64,000 bases of DNA from Mobula hypostoma (GCF_963921235.1 NC_086097.1:234486001-234550000); one strand, 5' to 3'. Shown: positions 11,611-25,294, counted from the first letter of the stretch. The notes: a model not told the origin generated them from the sequence alone. Translations and numbers: made by a program.

Positions 11611-12637
11611 CTACTGTGCTCTGTTTTTGAATAAATGAATAAATGTTTATGTGTTTCCAAGAGGGGTGTGGGACTCTGAGTGGGGCAAAGTTATGGGATA
11701 AAGTAGCCAGCGAGAGCAATTTAGCAATCATGACATCAACGGGGTGTGGAGGAATACTGAGTTAGAATTGCATTCATTTCAAAGCATGAGGTGTGACAGG
11801 AAAAACTTGAGTCATTTCTGAGGACTGGAATGCAATGGTCATAACAGAAACATGACTGAGGGAATGACAAGGCTGACATGTTGGTGTTACAGGATACAGA
11901 TCCTACAGCTATAACATAGGTACAGGTAAAAGAGGAGAGTGTGTTTCCTTTTGATAATGGACGACATTACAGCAGTGCTTAGAGATGGTACTCTTGGGAG
12001 ATTGTCCAGCATGGCCGTATGGATAGAACTTAGAAACAGAAGGGACAGTGAAGATATTTGGATAAGTACATGAATAAGAGTGATTTAGAGAGATATGGGT
12101 AAAATTCAGGCACGTGGAACTAGTTTGGGGAGGCATTGTGCTCAGCATAGACAAGATGGGTCAAATTGCCTGTTTCTGCACTGTAAAAGTCTGTGACTTT
12201 ATGAATTGCTTGGCCATCTTATCCTCTGATTAGACACAGTTAGCTGCAAAATTTAAAATGTTGATGTTGCGTTAAATGTCCAGTGTTAATTTGATATTTG
12301 CATCTATTCCCCTGTGTCTTTCAGGCACATTGTTCAATGAGAATAAGAATTAAGTTTATTATCACTGACACATGTCATGAAATTGGTTGTGTTGTGGCAG
12401 CAGCACAGTGCAGGCATGAAAAATTACCGTAACTTACAATGAAAATATAAACAAATAGTGCAAAAGAGGAATGATGAGGTCCTCTTCATGGACCATTCAG
12501 AAGGTCAAGTTCAAGTTTAATTGTCATTTAAGCATACACATGTGCAGTATACAGCTAGACAAAGCAGTGTTCCTCCAGGTGCAAAACATAGTACATACAA
12601 GTCATACACAGCACACAGCACGTAGCACATATAGTAA

Positions 12638-13312
12638 TGTAGTATGCTGTAGGGTTTCACTATTGTGTAATATGCTGTAAGGTTTCCCCAGGGCACCACT
12701 GCTCAATAAGGTAAGGGGTGGGAAGTTCAAGGGGGATATTAGTGGATGGTTTTTTACTCAAAGAGTGGTTGGTGCGTGGAATACACTGCCTGAGTCAGTG
12801 GTGGAGGCAGATACACTAGTGAAGTTTAAGAGACTACTAGACAGGTATATAGAGGAACTTAAGGTGGGGGGTTATATGGGAGGCAGGGTTTGAGGGTCAG
12901 AACAACATTGTGGGCCAAAGGGCCTGTACTGTGCTGTACTATTCCATGTTCTATGTTTCACTGGTAATGGTTTCTCTGTAGCAGCAATGTTTGGGTTATG
13001 ACTAGAGATAACAGGGTTTGGAATGTTGTTGTTCTTTCTTGTGAATCTGGAAGAGAGATTTTCATGGTCTTTTACCGGGGAGAGATGAGGAGAGAAGACG
13101 TGAAGGAGAGATTTGGTCGACCACCAAACAAGGTGGACCTGGAGTAAGGGTCCGAAGGGCAGCGACAATCGGAGGAGGTTGATGGTGGACAATCGGCATA
13201 TCAGTGAGCTCCAACATCGCGCAGCATCCACCCAAACAAGATTTCTTAAGTTTGGCCGGGCTGGGGTCTATCACTCCCTGATATTTAGCAGCAAGCCAAA
13301 GTGAAGGTTACA
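12638..13312 (+). mobile_element. Solo LTR interrupted by a CR1 3' end (about 12682-12955)
   Basis: TGTA...TTACA ends, flanks GTAA/GTTA; homologous to 15742-16303. The left boundary is less certain. Confidence 0.72.
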
Positions 13313-13569
13313 GTTACATAGCACATGGAGTCACAAAATAATATTAGCACAAGTCCCTGAGTGAGTGGCATGGCCTGGAGTTTGATGATGCATAGGATAT
13401 TCTCCTGGAGACAAGTTTCTGCAGGAGAAAGTGCGCAGTAAATCCTCATCTGGCGCTGGGTCAGCTGCAGGTAAAAGCAGTCCATTTTGCCTTCCAGGGC
13501 ATGGAAGAGCAGCGTCGACAGAAGGGGTCAGTCAACCCAGCATGACTTCCATCCGATGGAAAAGGGGAG

Positions 13570-14340
13570 GAAGCTTTTCCTCAAATGTTGAGTGTGGGTA
13601 TTCAGGCTCTTGTACAATTCCCTGATGGTAGCAATGAGAAGAGGACATGTGCTGGATGGTGAGGGTCCCAAATGATGGATGCACCTTCTTGAGAGACCAC
13701 CTCCTTGAGGGTCTGTGGAAGCCAAGTCATTGGGTGCATTTAAGGCAGAGTTAGATGGGTTCTTGATTAGCCAGGGCATCAAAGGGTATGGGGAGAAGGC
13801 AAGGGAGGGGGAGATGACTGGAAGAATTGGATAAGTCTATGATTGAATGGTGGAACATTCAACATGATGGGCTAAATAGCCTACTTCTGCTCCTATATCT
13901 TATGGCCTATGACTGAATGGCGGAACAGACTCGATGGGTCAAATGGCCTACTTCTGCTCCTATATCTTATGGTCTAAATGATGGATACCACCTTCTTGAG
14001 ACACTGCCTTTTGAAGATGTCCTTGATGGTGAGAAGGGTTGTGCCCATGATGGATCTGGCTGAGTCTACAGTTCTTTGTGTCCTCCTTCAGTCCAGTGTA
14101 TTAGAATCTACATACCAGGTGGTGATACAACCAGTCAGAATGTTCTCCACGTTACATCTGCAGAAATTTGCTAGAGTCTTTGGAGACATACCAAACATCC
14201 ACAAACTCTTAATGAAGTATAATAACCTTCTTCATGATTGTCTCAATATGTTGTCCCCAGGATAGATCCTCTGAAATAATGATTGCCAGATCTTGAAGTT
14301 GCTTACGCTTTCCCCCACTGACCCCTCAATGAGGACTGCT
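13570..14340 (-). mobile_element. Decayed Rex1/Babar-like LINE fragment containing a plus-strand CR1 3' end (about 13708-13976)
   Basis: Reverse complement resembles 35812-36175; the CR1 insert carries a duplicated tail. Confidence 0.7.
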
Positions 14341-14458
14341 GTGTGGTTATGTATGCTAATGTGGTAACACACACCGACTCTAAAAGCTACTATTAGCTTC
14401 TCTGGTTGTGAACAGCACTATTATTCTACCAGAACTAAAAAGGTTCTCCTTGTTGAAG

Positions 14459-14687
14459 GTGCAAGCACAAGGAATTCGGCAGATGCTGGAAATTCAAGCA
14501 ACACACATCAAAGTTGCTGGTGAACGCAGCAGGCCAGGCAGCATCTCTAGGAAGAGGTACAGTCGACATTTCAAGCCAAGACCCTTTGTCAGGACCCTTC
14601 GAAGGGTCTCGGCCCGAAATGTCGACTGTACCTCTTCCTAGAGATGCTGCCTGGCCTGCTGCGTTCACCAGCAACTTTGATGTGTGT
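14459..14687. mobile_element. Palindromic mini-element built from two inverted Penelope terminal segments, 12-bp TSD
   Basis: TCCTTGTTGAAG at 14447-14458 and 14688-14699; arms about 14499-14586 and 14602-14688 are near-perfect reverse complements. Confidence 0.9.
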
Positions 14688-14814
14688 TCCTTGTTGAAGT
14701 GCTTCTTTTATCTCACTACCTTAGAAGGTTGGATCTCCTGAGCACAACATCTTAACAACCACTGAAGTCAGGCTATCTGGGCTATCATTTCTTATTTCTT
14801 TCCTCTCTCTCTTC

Positions 14815-15300
14815 ATAAAGAGTGGAGAGACGTTTGCTATTTTCCAGTCCTCCAGAACTATTCCAGATTCCAGTGGTTATTGAAAGATCACTGTTAATGC
14901 CTCCACAATCTTTTCAGCTACCTCTTTCAGAAATCCAGGTGTAGTCTATCTTGTCCAGGAGACTTAACTACGTTCAGACCTTACAGATTCCCCAAGCACC
15001 TTCTCCTTAATAATCATGACTACATCCACTTCTGCGCCTTGACACCCTCCAATGTCTGTGATACCATGGACTTTTACCTTGTTTAACAGCCTCATATGTG
15101 GCACCTTGTCAAAGTCTATTGAAAAACCAGGTAAGTAACAACCACCAACATGCTTTTGTGAATCCTGCTTGTTATTTCTTCCAAGCATTCCAACAGATTT
15201 GTCAAACAAGATTTCCCCTTAATCTAAATTTGACTTATTTTTTCATGTGTTTCCAAGTACCCTGAAACCTCAACTTTTATAATGTACTCCAATATCATAC
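14815..15300 (-). mobile_element. Decayed CR1 RT fragments
   Basis: IDFDKVPHMRLLNKVKVHGI in ORF 14964-15209. Confidence 0.7.
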
Positions 15301-15741
15301 CAACATAGGAATAGTATAATGGGGAATAACATTAAATCAGAAAATGCTGGAAACAGCGAGAAGATCAAGGAGCATTTTTCGGAAGAGAAACAGAGTTAAC
15401 ATTTGCAGGTTGTAGACACTTCCCCTGAAGAAGATCTACTCAGCTTTTTAATCCTGTTTGCTATTCTGCTTGAAATTTTGAGAATAACTGGTTCTCCAAG
15501 CACTTTAGGTTTAGATGAACTTACCTGTCAGATAAGAGCTGGCTTCATAGCTCAAGTGCACACCAGAGGATAGCTCAAGGAAAGAGAGGGTCTAGGTGCT
15601 GGTCACTGGTAACTGCCAGCAGAAATCAGTTTTGTGGAAGTGTGGGGACATTATATTCATGAAGCGCATTGTGTAATCTGTAAATATAGAACATAAAACA
15701 TGGAAGGGTACTGCAAAGGAACAGGCCATTCAATCCACAAT

Positions 15742-16303
15742 TGTAATGGCCCCTCTGCAATGTTTCACTGCTAATGTAATGGCTTCTCTGTAGCAGCAAT
15801 GTTTGGCTTATGACTAGAGATAACTGGGCTTTGGAATGTATGTTATCCAATGGGAAAAATGAAGTTCTTTCTCGTGAGTCTGGAAGAGAGATTTTCGCGG
15901 TCTTTTGTCGACGATAGAAGAAGAAGGAAGCCGCTTGTGGAGAGAGCTGGTAGACCAGTGGACAGAATGGACTGGGAGCAAGGGTCCGAAGTTCGGCGAC
16001 GCTCAGAGGAGATCGATGGTTGATGCATAGCCGTAGCAGAGAGCTCCATCGTGCATTTTTGACTTTTTCTTTAAAATGGGCCCTTTCACTTTTTATTTTC
16101 TTTACTAACCCTCTATCCAGATTCAGATTTATAAAGTTCAATCATTTGATTACATATGGTGTACTGTCAGATATTTTGCAGTGCGGATTTGTAACCGGGC
16201 AATGCATCACGCAGCATCCACTCAAATGAGATTTCTCAGTTTGGCGGGGCCAGAAGTTGTTTTCCCCTAGAAGAACATGTGCTGGCCAAGCCTGAGGGTT
16301 ACA
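15742..16303 (+). mobile_element. Solo LTR (562 bp) inserted into a CR1 3' tail
   Basis: TGTAA...TTACA ends; CAAT/CGAT 4-bp flanks; removing it restores the CR1 tail CCACAATGTTGTGCCGAAC. Confidence 0.85.
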
Positions 16304-17654
16304 CGATGTTGTGCCGAACTATTTAAAATAATAATTGAATTCCCAACTGAACAAATTTCTTCATCCTACACATTTCACACATCCTTCCCTTTCCTGCAGA
16401 TTCATATGCTTAAAACTAATTTTCAGTTTTGTGCACTTTTATGTTAACTTTTATGGGTGATAAATATGCCTATACTTCAGAATGTATTCAACTCTCCTCT
16501 GTTCAATGTTCTTTCAAAAAAAAGCATTGTGTCACTCTTTATCAACTAAAGATTTTCAAAATTCATCAATTATTCATTTCATTATTCCTTTGATATCCAA
16601 TCATTTGCAATCCCAGGCATCTGGTTTAATACTTTGGTTTGATATGACACTTTATCTAATTTAAACAACAAACTGTAATAAATTAAACAATCATGTTTGA
16701 AGTTATTACTGGATACTCTGCTTCAGAATATTTAACAGGTAGAAATAGTTGGAAAGCATTCACATTTATTATTACATAATAAAAACACATTTGCATCCTT
16801 TTTTAATTAGCCCTTGCTGTTATAAGATTTTATCCAAAAGGGAGTTAAACTGGTTTGCATTTGGTAGCTTTTCAATTTCCTGTCATTGCCTCCAGCTCGT
16901 TATTAAGGTAATTTAATGCATGGCCCATTTTACCTCCCTTCATTAAATGTTCATTCACTCAAAAGATTATGTCAAATTCCACTCTGGAGATATTCCAGAT
17001 GGAATTATGAGTGCTCTTTCTAGAGAGCTTTAAGAATTTGTAGTTCATATTTTGTCACCATTGATCAATACTGGGATTAGTTTTGTATTAGTCTCCTGAC
17101 TGGTTGCTGATCAGATAATTGTGACTGAAAAAGCCAGTGGAAATCAGTTTCACTCGGTTTTGTGTCCAGTCACATTTTTCACCAAGTTAATGGTCTTTTA
17201 ACAGCCTTCAATGATTCTCTCAGTATACATTCATGGGGGAAAAAAATGCAGAACACCAAATCCTGTGTTTCACAGCTGCTTTGTATGAAACACAGCAAAG
17301 ATCACTGCATCTCCTTCCAGACTTTCAAAGTTCACCAAGAGGTGGAAGACCATGTCATCCATACTTCAGACAACATCAATAGGAAACGTGCAGTGGGATT
17401 GAGACTCTAGTTGTGCTTGGAAAATGTTATAAATAGAGACCTTTCTACTGGCCTTGGAGCTTGTTTGGGAGTTCTGATGATGAGGCATTCTGCCAAATGA
17501 CTGAACCAACACACAAGATCAATCTTCTCCTTTTTCAGCGGAATACTGAGGATATGCCATTTGAACCACTGTCTGTTAAACTTATGGCTAAAGATGTATG
17601 TTTGAGAATTCTGATGATAAGGCATTATGCCAAACAACTGAAAATGATTGAAAG

Positions 17655-18212
17655 CTATATAGGACCCTGGTCAGACCCCACTTGGAGTATTGTGCTCAAT
17701 TCAGGTCACCTCACTACAGGAAGGACATGGAAACCATTGAAAGGGTGCAGAGGAGATTTACAAGGATGTTGCCTGGATTGGGGAGCATGCCTTATGAGAA
17801 TAGATTGAGTGAACTCGGACTTTTCTCTTTGGAGCAACGAAGGATCAGAGGTGACCTGATAGAGGTGCACAAGATAGCGAGAGGCATTGATCATGTGGAC
17901 AGTCAGAGGCTTTTTCCCAGAGCTGAAATGGCTAGCATGAGAGGGCACAGTTTTAAGGTATTTGGAAGTAGGTACAGAGGAGATGTCAGGGGTAAGATTT
18001 TTACGCAGAGAGTGCTGAGTACGTGGAATGGGCTGCCAGCGGCGGTGGTGAAGGCTGAAACAATAGGGTCTTTTAAGAGACTCCTGAATGGATACATGGA
18101 GCTTAGAAAAATAGAGGGCTATGGGCAAGGTAGTTCTAAGGTAAGGACGTGTCAGCTTTGTGGGCCGAAGGACCTGTATAGTGCTGTAGGTTTTTTAATG
18201 TTTCTGTTTCTA
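17655..18212 (+). mobile_element. CR1 3' end
   Basis: EYCAQFRSPHYRKDMETIERVQRRFTRMLPGL...WNGLP. Confidence 0.92.
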
Positions 18213-19104
18213 AGAGCATATTCCATTTGGACCACTGTCTGATTCCTTCCTGACAAAAGGTGTGTGATGCAGAAACTTGCCTAAGAAGAACAGATCCATC
18301 TCAATGGAATGTTCCATGGCAACAAGGCCAGATCTACCCTTGAGAACAGATAGAACCTCAGTATGCATGACACCTGGGTGCTTGTATATATCTCACTCCT
18401 GTACACTGCAATCCCACATATCCAAGTGCCACTCAGCCAGTAAGCAGGAGTTTCAGGAGACTACAGATGTTGAAATCAGGAGCAACAAACAGCCTGCTAG
18501 AGGAACTCAGCATCTGCAGGAGGAAAGGACTTGTTGACATTTTGGGTTGAGATACTGCAAAAGGATAATCTCTGGTCATTTTGTTTTTCTCAAAAGAACG
18601 AATGACTGATCCATACTCTCCAGCTCAGACTAGATCGTTTTAAGTGCACCAGTTAAGCGAACCAGTAATTTTGTCTGATAAGGCATTCAATGCACATAAC
18701 TAAACTTGAGTAAACACAAGTTTCAAATTGTTTTTAATGTAAATGAATAGTGGCTCTAGTTATCATAGACCAATCATTTAACATGTTCTGGGTGCTGGGG
18801 GAAGGTGACCTCTCATTTTGCCAAGCATTCATAAATAGCTTTCATAGTTCAGGTAGCCATATCACTTAACCCAGGTGGAATATCAGCGCTTTATATTTGC
18901 ATGTAAAGCTTTCTGCTACAAATTTAAGACAACAGATACAAAATTTGATTGTTTACATGTATTTAATGAAATAAGGCACAGCGGAATGCAATTAAGAATT
19001 CCTGACTCTACCTGTTGAGAAGGCCCCTATATTTCCAATGGGCTCCAAGCTATTGCTATTGGCTTATCACACTCTGCATGAACAGGAGGGGAATAGTCAA
19101 GATC

Positions 19105-19515
19105 TCTCATAAGAACATAAGACATAGGAGCATAATTAGGCTATTTAATTCCATCATGACTGATTTATTATCCCTCTCAACCCTACTCTCCTGCCTTCTC
19201 CTGAAATCTTTGACAGCTTTACAATTAAGAACCTATCAAACTGCATTTTAAATCTACCCAATCACTTGGCCTCCAAAGCCATCTGTGGCAATGAGTTCCA
19301 CATTTCACCACCATCTAGCTAAAGAAATTCCCCCTCATCTCTGTTTTAAAGGGATGTTCATTTATGCTGAGGCTTTGCCCTCTGGTTCTAGATTCTCCCA
19401 TTACTGGAAACATACCCCCCATGTCCATTCTATCCAAGCCTTTCAATATTTGATAGGTTTCAATGATATCCATCTTCATTCTTCTATACACAAGTGAGTG
19501 TAGGCCCAGAGCCAT
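19105..19515 (-). mobile_element. CR1 3' end
   Basis: IETYQILKGLDRMD...ESRTRGQSL...FKTEMRGNFFS; ATAAG-type tail at about 19110. Confidence 0.8.
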
Positions 19516-19961
19516 TAAAACACTTTGACTGCTGCAAACACAGGTATAGAATTTGCACACGTGGGTAATGGCATTGGGAAACCTGAGACAAACTTGACTG
19601 ACCTTTCTCACAATTATGTTGTAATGCTGAACCAAGGAGTGACACTGTGCAATGGATAAAGGAAGAGACTTTCTGTTCAAGCTTCATGCAAGGCCATGTT
19701 GGTTTTGTCACCAGTAAAGTGGAAGTGAAATGCAGAGCTGCTCGTTAACAAATTCATGCCCATACACACTGCTCCCCTCCTTTCAAAGAAATATAATCCC
19801 TTGTTAAATTGGTTCTGTTAATCACAAGGTTTGAGATACCATTTACTGTTCTCCAGAACACTGAACACTGATAATATTTAATCTTTTTATTGTGACATCT
19901 ACATTTAAATGTCATAATCCTGAACTTACAGTAGTATAAATGATTTTCTCTTTTTACCCAC

Positions 19962-20819
19962 CGTCACGTGACCAGCAACAATGAATACAGAAATGAGTCA
20001 GGTTCTACAAACAAATAAACATTTATTAAACTCAGCTAAAATTAGTAAAATGATAAACAAACGAAACACCTTAACCGGAAGTAAACTGCTATGTGGCCAG
20101 TTAACAAACCGCCAAACTCAGTACTAGTTCTTAAAGCGGTAAATGTGAACACAGTATTAAAGTGGTAAGTTCAAACACAGTTCTTAGAATGGTAAATTTG
20201 AAAGTCCAAGATATTTATACAGTCAATTAGGAGAGACTTTCCTGAAGTAAAGGATTCCTCGAAGACACAACGTTACTGTCAATCCCAACTGTAACCTGCC
20301 TTGTCGACCGAAATAAAACAGTTCAAAGGGACTGACCTTTTTCCTCTGTAGAATAGACTAGATACTGCATAACCTTTTCTGCTTCTTTTAGCAGAGGTTA
20401 TCTCATGCAGATCATTCTTACCTGAACAAATTCAATAATGGTCAATTCTCTCCAAAACCGCCGAATGACTCCTTCAGGTTCCCGTCTTCACTCTCCAATA
20501 TTACTGAAAAGATACATCAACAAATCTGGCAGCTATTGGTGAAGCTACCGGCCCAACACTTCTGTACCTTACAATAGACAGTAAAACTCCATTTTAAAAC
20601 TATACCGCGTCATGAGATTAATAAGCAGCGTAGCGGAGTATCTGACTGACAATCTAACTGAAAACTAACTGCATCACCAGGGGTCTACATTTATATACCT
20701 GGTGAGAACAGGTCATCACGTGACCTCACATCGGTGGGAAAATTACATCATGTGACCTCCACAAGACCATTACATCATCCCCATAAGATAATCACAAGAT
20801 ATCCATGAAGTATGTAACA
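19962..20819 (-). mobile_element. Solo LTR (858 bp) with perfect 4-bp TSD
   Basis: CCAC at 19958-19961 and 20820-20823; ends CGTCAC (mutated TG)...GTAACA; minus-strand TATATAAA at about 20690 and AATAAA at about 20022. Confidence 0.8.
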
Positions 20820-22019
20820 CCACAAATTTGTTTATTCACTTGCTTCCGAAATAACTTTAGAGTGAAAAGTTTTGTAGCTGAGAATCATAAAAGATCAAAA
20901 CATATTGATGTCTGAAGAAGAAAATCACACTAATTATTTTATTTATTGCTAGTTTTCTCTCTTAACAATCTCCATATAGTAAGCTACTTCAGGTATGCTT
21001 TTGCGTGTTTTAAGTAAAAACAGTTGCTCAAAGTTCAACGCTTAAAGTAAATTTATTATCAAAGTACATATCTGTCAACTTGTACCACCCTGAGATTTAT
21101 TTTCTTGCAGGCATTCATAATAAAAAATACAATAGATTCAATGGAAAGACCGACAACTAATGTGCAAAAGACAAAGTGTGCAAATACAAAAAAAAGCAAA
21201 TAATAATAATAAATAAGTAAATTATTAACGTAAAGAACATGAGTTGTAGAGTCCTTGGAAGTAAGCCCATTGGTTGTGGAATCAGTTCAGTGTTGAGGTG
21301 AGTGAGTGAAGCTGGATCAGGAGCCTGCTGGTTGAAGGGTAAAACTTTTTGCCATGTTGGCAACAGCTGCAGCTGCCCCTACCACATGCTCGGATGTGTT
21401 GGTCATTAATGCACATAAAGCATTTCACTATTTGTATGACGAATAAAGCTGACCTTTAATCATTAATCACAATCCTTTCCAATATCCACTTAAGTTCAAC
21501 CACCTTTGGACCTTTACAATAAATAACAAACAAAATCAAAATGCTGCAGATGTTGAAAATCTGAAAGAAGAACAGAAATGCCGGAAGAACAGTAGGCCAG
21601 ACAGCATCTTTGGAAAGAAAAACAGATGTGAAGTTTTAGGTTGAAAACCTTTAGTCAGAAAGGACTGAAATTAGCAATAGCACATTTTCACTAGTCACTA
21701 CTTGAGAACTTCAGACCTTATACCATCACAAGATCAACATCACCGTATGGGCAATTAATAGCTGATAATGAAAGTTATCTTGCCAGGGATTTCTACCTCC
21801 CGAGGACAAATGTATACACAATCCTGTATTAGGCATCCATTCACATATTTTTTTAAAGAATATGAATATGATGAATTTGTTCACACAAATAAAACCTGAA
21901 ACATTAATTCTATTTCTCCCTCCATGGATACTGAGTTCTAGCATTTTTAGTTTTCATTTCAGATTTCCAACATCTCCAATTTCTTTTGCTTTCAGTGGTG
22001 TTAGCAATAAATGTCCAAA

Positions 22020-23050
22020 GCAATGCACATACTCAACATGTCAGGCAACATCTATGGAAAAAAATAAATGGTTGATGTTTCTGACTACAACCGTTCTTCA
22101 GGACTGATAAGGAAGGGAGCAGATGCTAGAATAAAAAGATGGGAGGAGGGGAAGGAGGCTAGCTGGAAGGTGATAGGTGAAGCTAGGTGACTGAGAAAGG
22201 TCAAGGGCTGGAGAAGAAACAATCTGATAGGAGTGGGAAATGGACCACAGGAGAAAAGAGAAGAGGAGGGGACACAGGGGAAGTGAAAAGTCAGAGTGGG
22301 GAATGGGGACGGTGGAATTTGTTTACCGGAAGGAGAAATCAATATTCATTCCATCAGGTTGGAGCGTAATCAGATGGAATATATGGTGTTGCTTCTCTAC
22401 CCTGAGTGTGTTTCATCATGGCACAAGAGGAAGCCTTGGACCGACATTTCAGAATGGGAATGGGAATTAAAATGTTCGGCCATTGAGAAGTCCCACTTGG
22501 CGGATGGTGTGGAGTTGCTCAGTGAAGCAGTCCCCCAATTTACGACAGGTCTCACCAATGCAGAGGAGGTCTTATCAGGAGCATCGGACACAATAGATAA
22601 CCCCACTAGATTCGCAGGTGAAGTGTTGCCTTACCTGGTAGTACTGTTTGGGCTCCTGAATGAGGGTGAGGGAGAAAGTGTATGGGCAGGGATAGGTGCC
22701 TGTGGGAGATTGGTGGGGAGGGAGGATTAGACAAGGAAATAGAAACCGCGGAGGAAGTGATCCCTGTGGAAAGCAGGGTGGGGTGGGTGGAATAAAGAAA
22801 TGCTTAGCGGTAGGATCCCTCTGGAGAATTCAAAAGTAACAGGGGGATAATGTGTTGGATGTTGGATGTGGAGGCTAATGTGGTAGGTTAGGACAAGAAG
22901 GATTCGACCATTCATATGATGGTGGAAAGATGGGGTGAATGCAGATATCGGGGAAATGAAGGAGATAAGAGTGAGGGCAGCATCAATAGTAGAGGGAGAG
23001 AAACCCCATTTATTAAAGAAGGAGGACATCTTTAATGATTTGGAAAGGTC
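22020..23050 (-). mobile_element. Decayed Penelope-like element
   Basis: MAEHFNSHSHSEMSVQGFLLCHDET (GIY-YIG region) and MSSFFNKWGFSPSTIDAALTLIS (post-RT region); terminal repeat at about 22020-22110. Confidence 0.82.
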
Positions 23051-23059
23051 CATGCTAGG

Positions 23060-23930
23060 ATGGCACTTGATAACGACTCCTTTAGGCTCATCTGCAGAAA
23101 CAGCTTAATTTCTACCTTTAATGTCCTTCTTTTTCCATTTCCAGGTGGATGGGGTTTTGTTGAAGATCCTGACTTAGAGGTACACTCAAACTTTGGTTCC
23201 TTGTGGTGATGGGACCCACTCTCAGGGCTCATCGAATGGCCGTTTTTCAATATCCCAAGCACACAGCTTAGAAGACAAACTCATCTTCAGGATTCTGAAG
23301 CTTTGTGGCCCTGGGGTGAATCTATAACGGTGCCACCAACAGCGGATGAGCTATCGGAGACTCCATACTCAATGAATTGCACACTCTCTCTCTTCGTCTC
23401 ATTGGTAGGGGAGAGTTTGTTGATGATTCTTGAGTCAGAGAATGTGGGGAAAAAAGGCAATGCGGTAGACTTTAACACCTTAAATCAGCGAGTTGTTTGT
23501 CTTTGTTTGGTCTCCTCTCTCACTGTGAAAGGGGGACATCTCTCTGTCCCTTTATTATGGAGAGAGAAAGAGAAAGAGAGAGAGAGAAAGAGAGAGAGAG
23601 AAAAAGAGAGAGAGAGAGGGAGAGGGAGAGGGAGAGAGAGAGCCTGTTGTATGTTGAATTGTGGGATGAACGATTAGTTCGTGCTGCACTGCAGATCAGT
23701 GTCTTGCTTGGGGGCTTTGCTATCGCTTGCTTGGTGGGGAGATGGTGCTAATGCTTTTTTTGCTGAAGTAAATGGGGAAGGGGGAAGTGGTGGGGCTTTG
23801 GGCTTCTAATGTTTTTCCTGTCACTCATTCGTTGGGGCACTCTTCTGTTTTCAAGATGTTTGCGAAGAACAAGAATTGCAGGTTGTATATTATATGCATT
23901 CTTTGATATTAAATGGAACCATTGAACTAT
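23060..23930 (+). mobile_element. Non-autonomous retroelement containing a (GA)n microsatellite (23560-23642)
   Basis: 3' part ending ...ATTAAATGGAACCATTGAA is homologous to the reverse complement of 58473-58800 and to about 35330-35530. Confidence 0.65.
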
Positions 23931-25294
23931 TAAATATTTAGAATGGATAGTGTGAATATACCTTAACAATGGCATAGTATTTTCTGTCTACAGATATCAG
24001 TGAAAGATAAAAATAGGAACTGACAAAATATCTAAAGCATCAGAACATGAATCTAATGGGCAAGGGATGAAGATAATAAAAGCTGTTTTGTCATCTATGC
24101 TAGATTTTCATGGTCTTTTTTCAGTGTCATGTTCAGTGCATCTGCATTGAAATGGAACTGATGGCTGTAGTGATAACTTAATTGTGAGTATTATGATGAA
24201 GAATGTAAGAATGAACTGTGCTCTTCACCAAAGATTTTTAAATGAGTGTAAAGCACACAGTGCACACCAGCTGATGAGCACATTCCGAACTTGAAGGAGA
24301 TAGTTGCAAAAATACTAACATAGCCAATAAATCATAAGAGGAAGAAGCCTTAAAGGTTAATTTTGGTGTGCAAGGAGAATATGCGTTTTGCAACACTTAA
24401 TGAATGATTTTTTCACAGTCTATAACTTCAGAAGCAGCCAGCCTATCTGTAATTAATGAGCACAACCATCTTTTACAAAGAATATCAGCTTGGCTTTACA
24501 TGCAAATGGATTTCCAGTCTCCATTGTAGAAACAAAGACTCGGGCTCACATTGATAGCAGCAGGGACTTGGCTCCTCATGTGTTCAGATATGAATTGTAA
24601 TTCACTTCAGCTCATTCTGTATCAACATATCTTGTGAGAAACCTGCTAATTCTGATATTACAAAAGGATAAGTCCATCTGATCTAACTTTCATAATTTCA
24701 TCTTTCCTCCTACATTCAAAGCCAGCTCAGCAGCATAGCTTATTTAAATCTGCACCCCCAAGTTGGAAATAATTACCGAGACAGCTAAAATTGTCTGGGA
24801 GTAATTTTGGTTGATATGTTGGATTCACTCTCGAAAGTAAAATCATCTTTGTACTGCAAGGTGTATTTTAGGATACATTTACCGAGCCAAGACAAAGGAA
24901 AAGAATAGCTTTATTTGTCACATATACATCAAAACATCAAAACGTACACAGAAATGCATCATTTGCGTGAAATCAAATCAGCGAGGATAGTGCTAAACGG
25001 CCAGCTTCTGGCGCCAACATAGTATGCCCACAACTCAGTAACCCAGTCCATATGTGTGTACATATTAAAGATCTGCAGTTCTCGGTGTGCAATGCAGGCG
25101 GTTCACCTGGAACTGGAAGTGGTGTTGGGGAACAGGTGGTGTGCGCTCAGGCTGAGCTGAAGCCATGAGCTGGTCAGAAATGAGCTAGAAGCCAAGTACT
25201 GCAAATAAATATGTGCTAGTATTAAAACCCATGCAAAGTTTGCCTTTGTTAAAGAACAAACGTAACAATATGTATTTGGAATGTTGGCAGAAAC

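Noticed and set aside
15626..16141. 171-aa ORF
   Set aside because: Lies antisense across a solo LTR and a CR1 tail; no recognisable domain.
23303..23751. ER-rich ORFs
   Set aside because: Produced by the (GA)n microsatellite.
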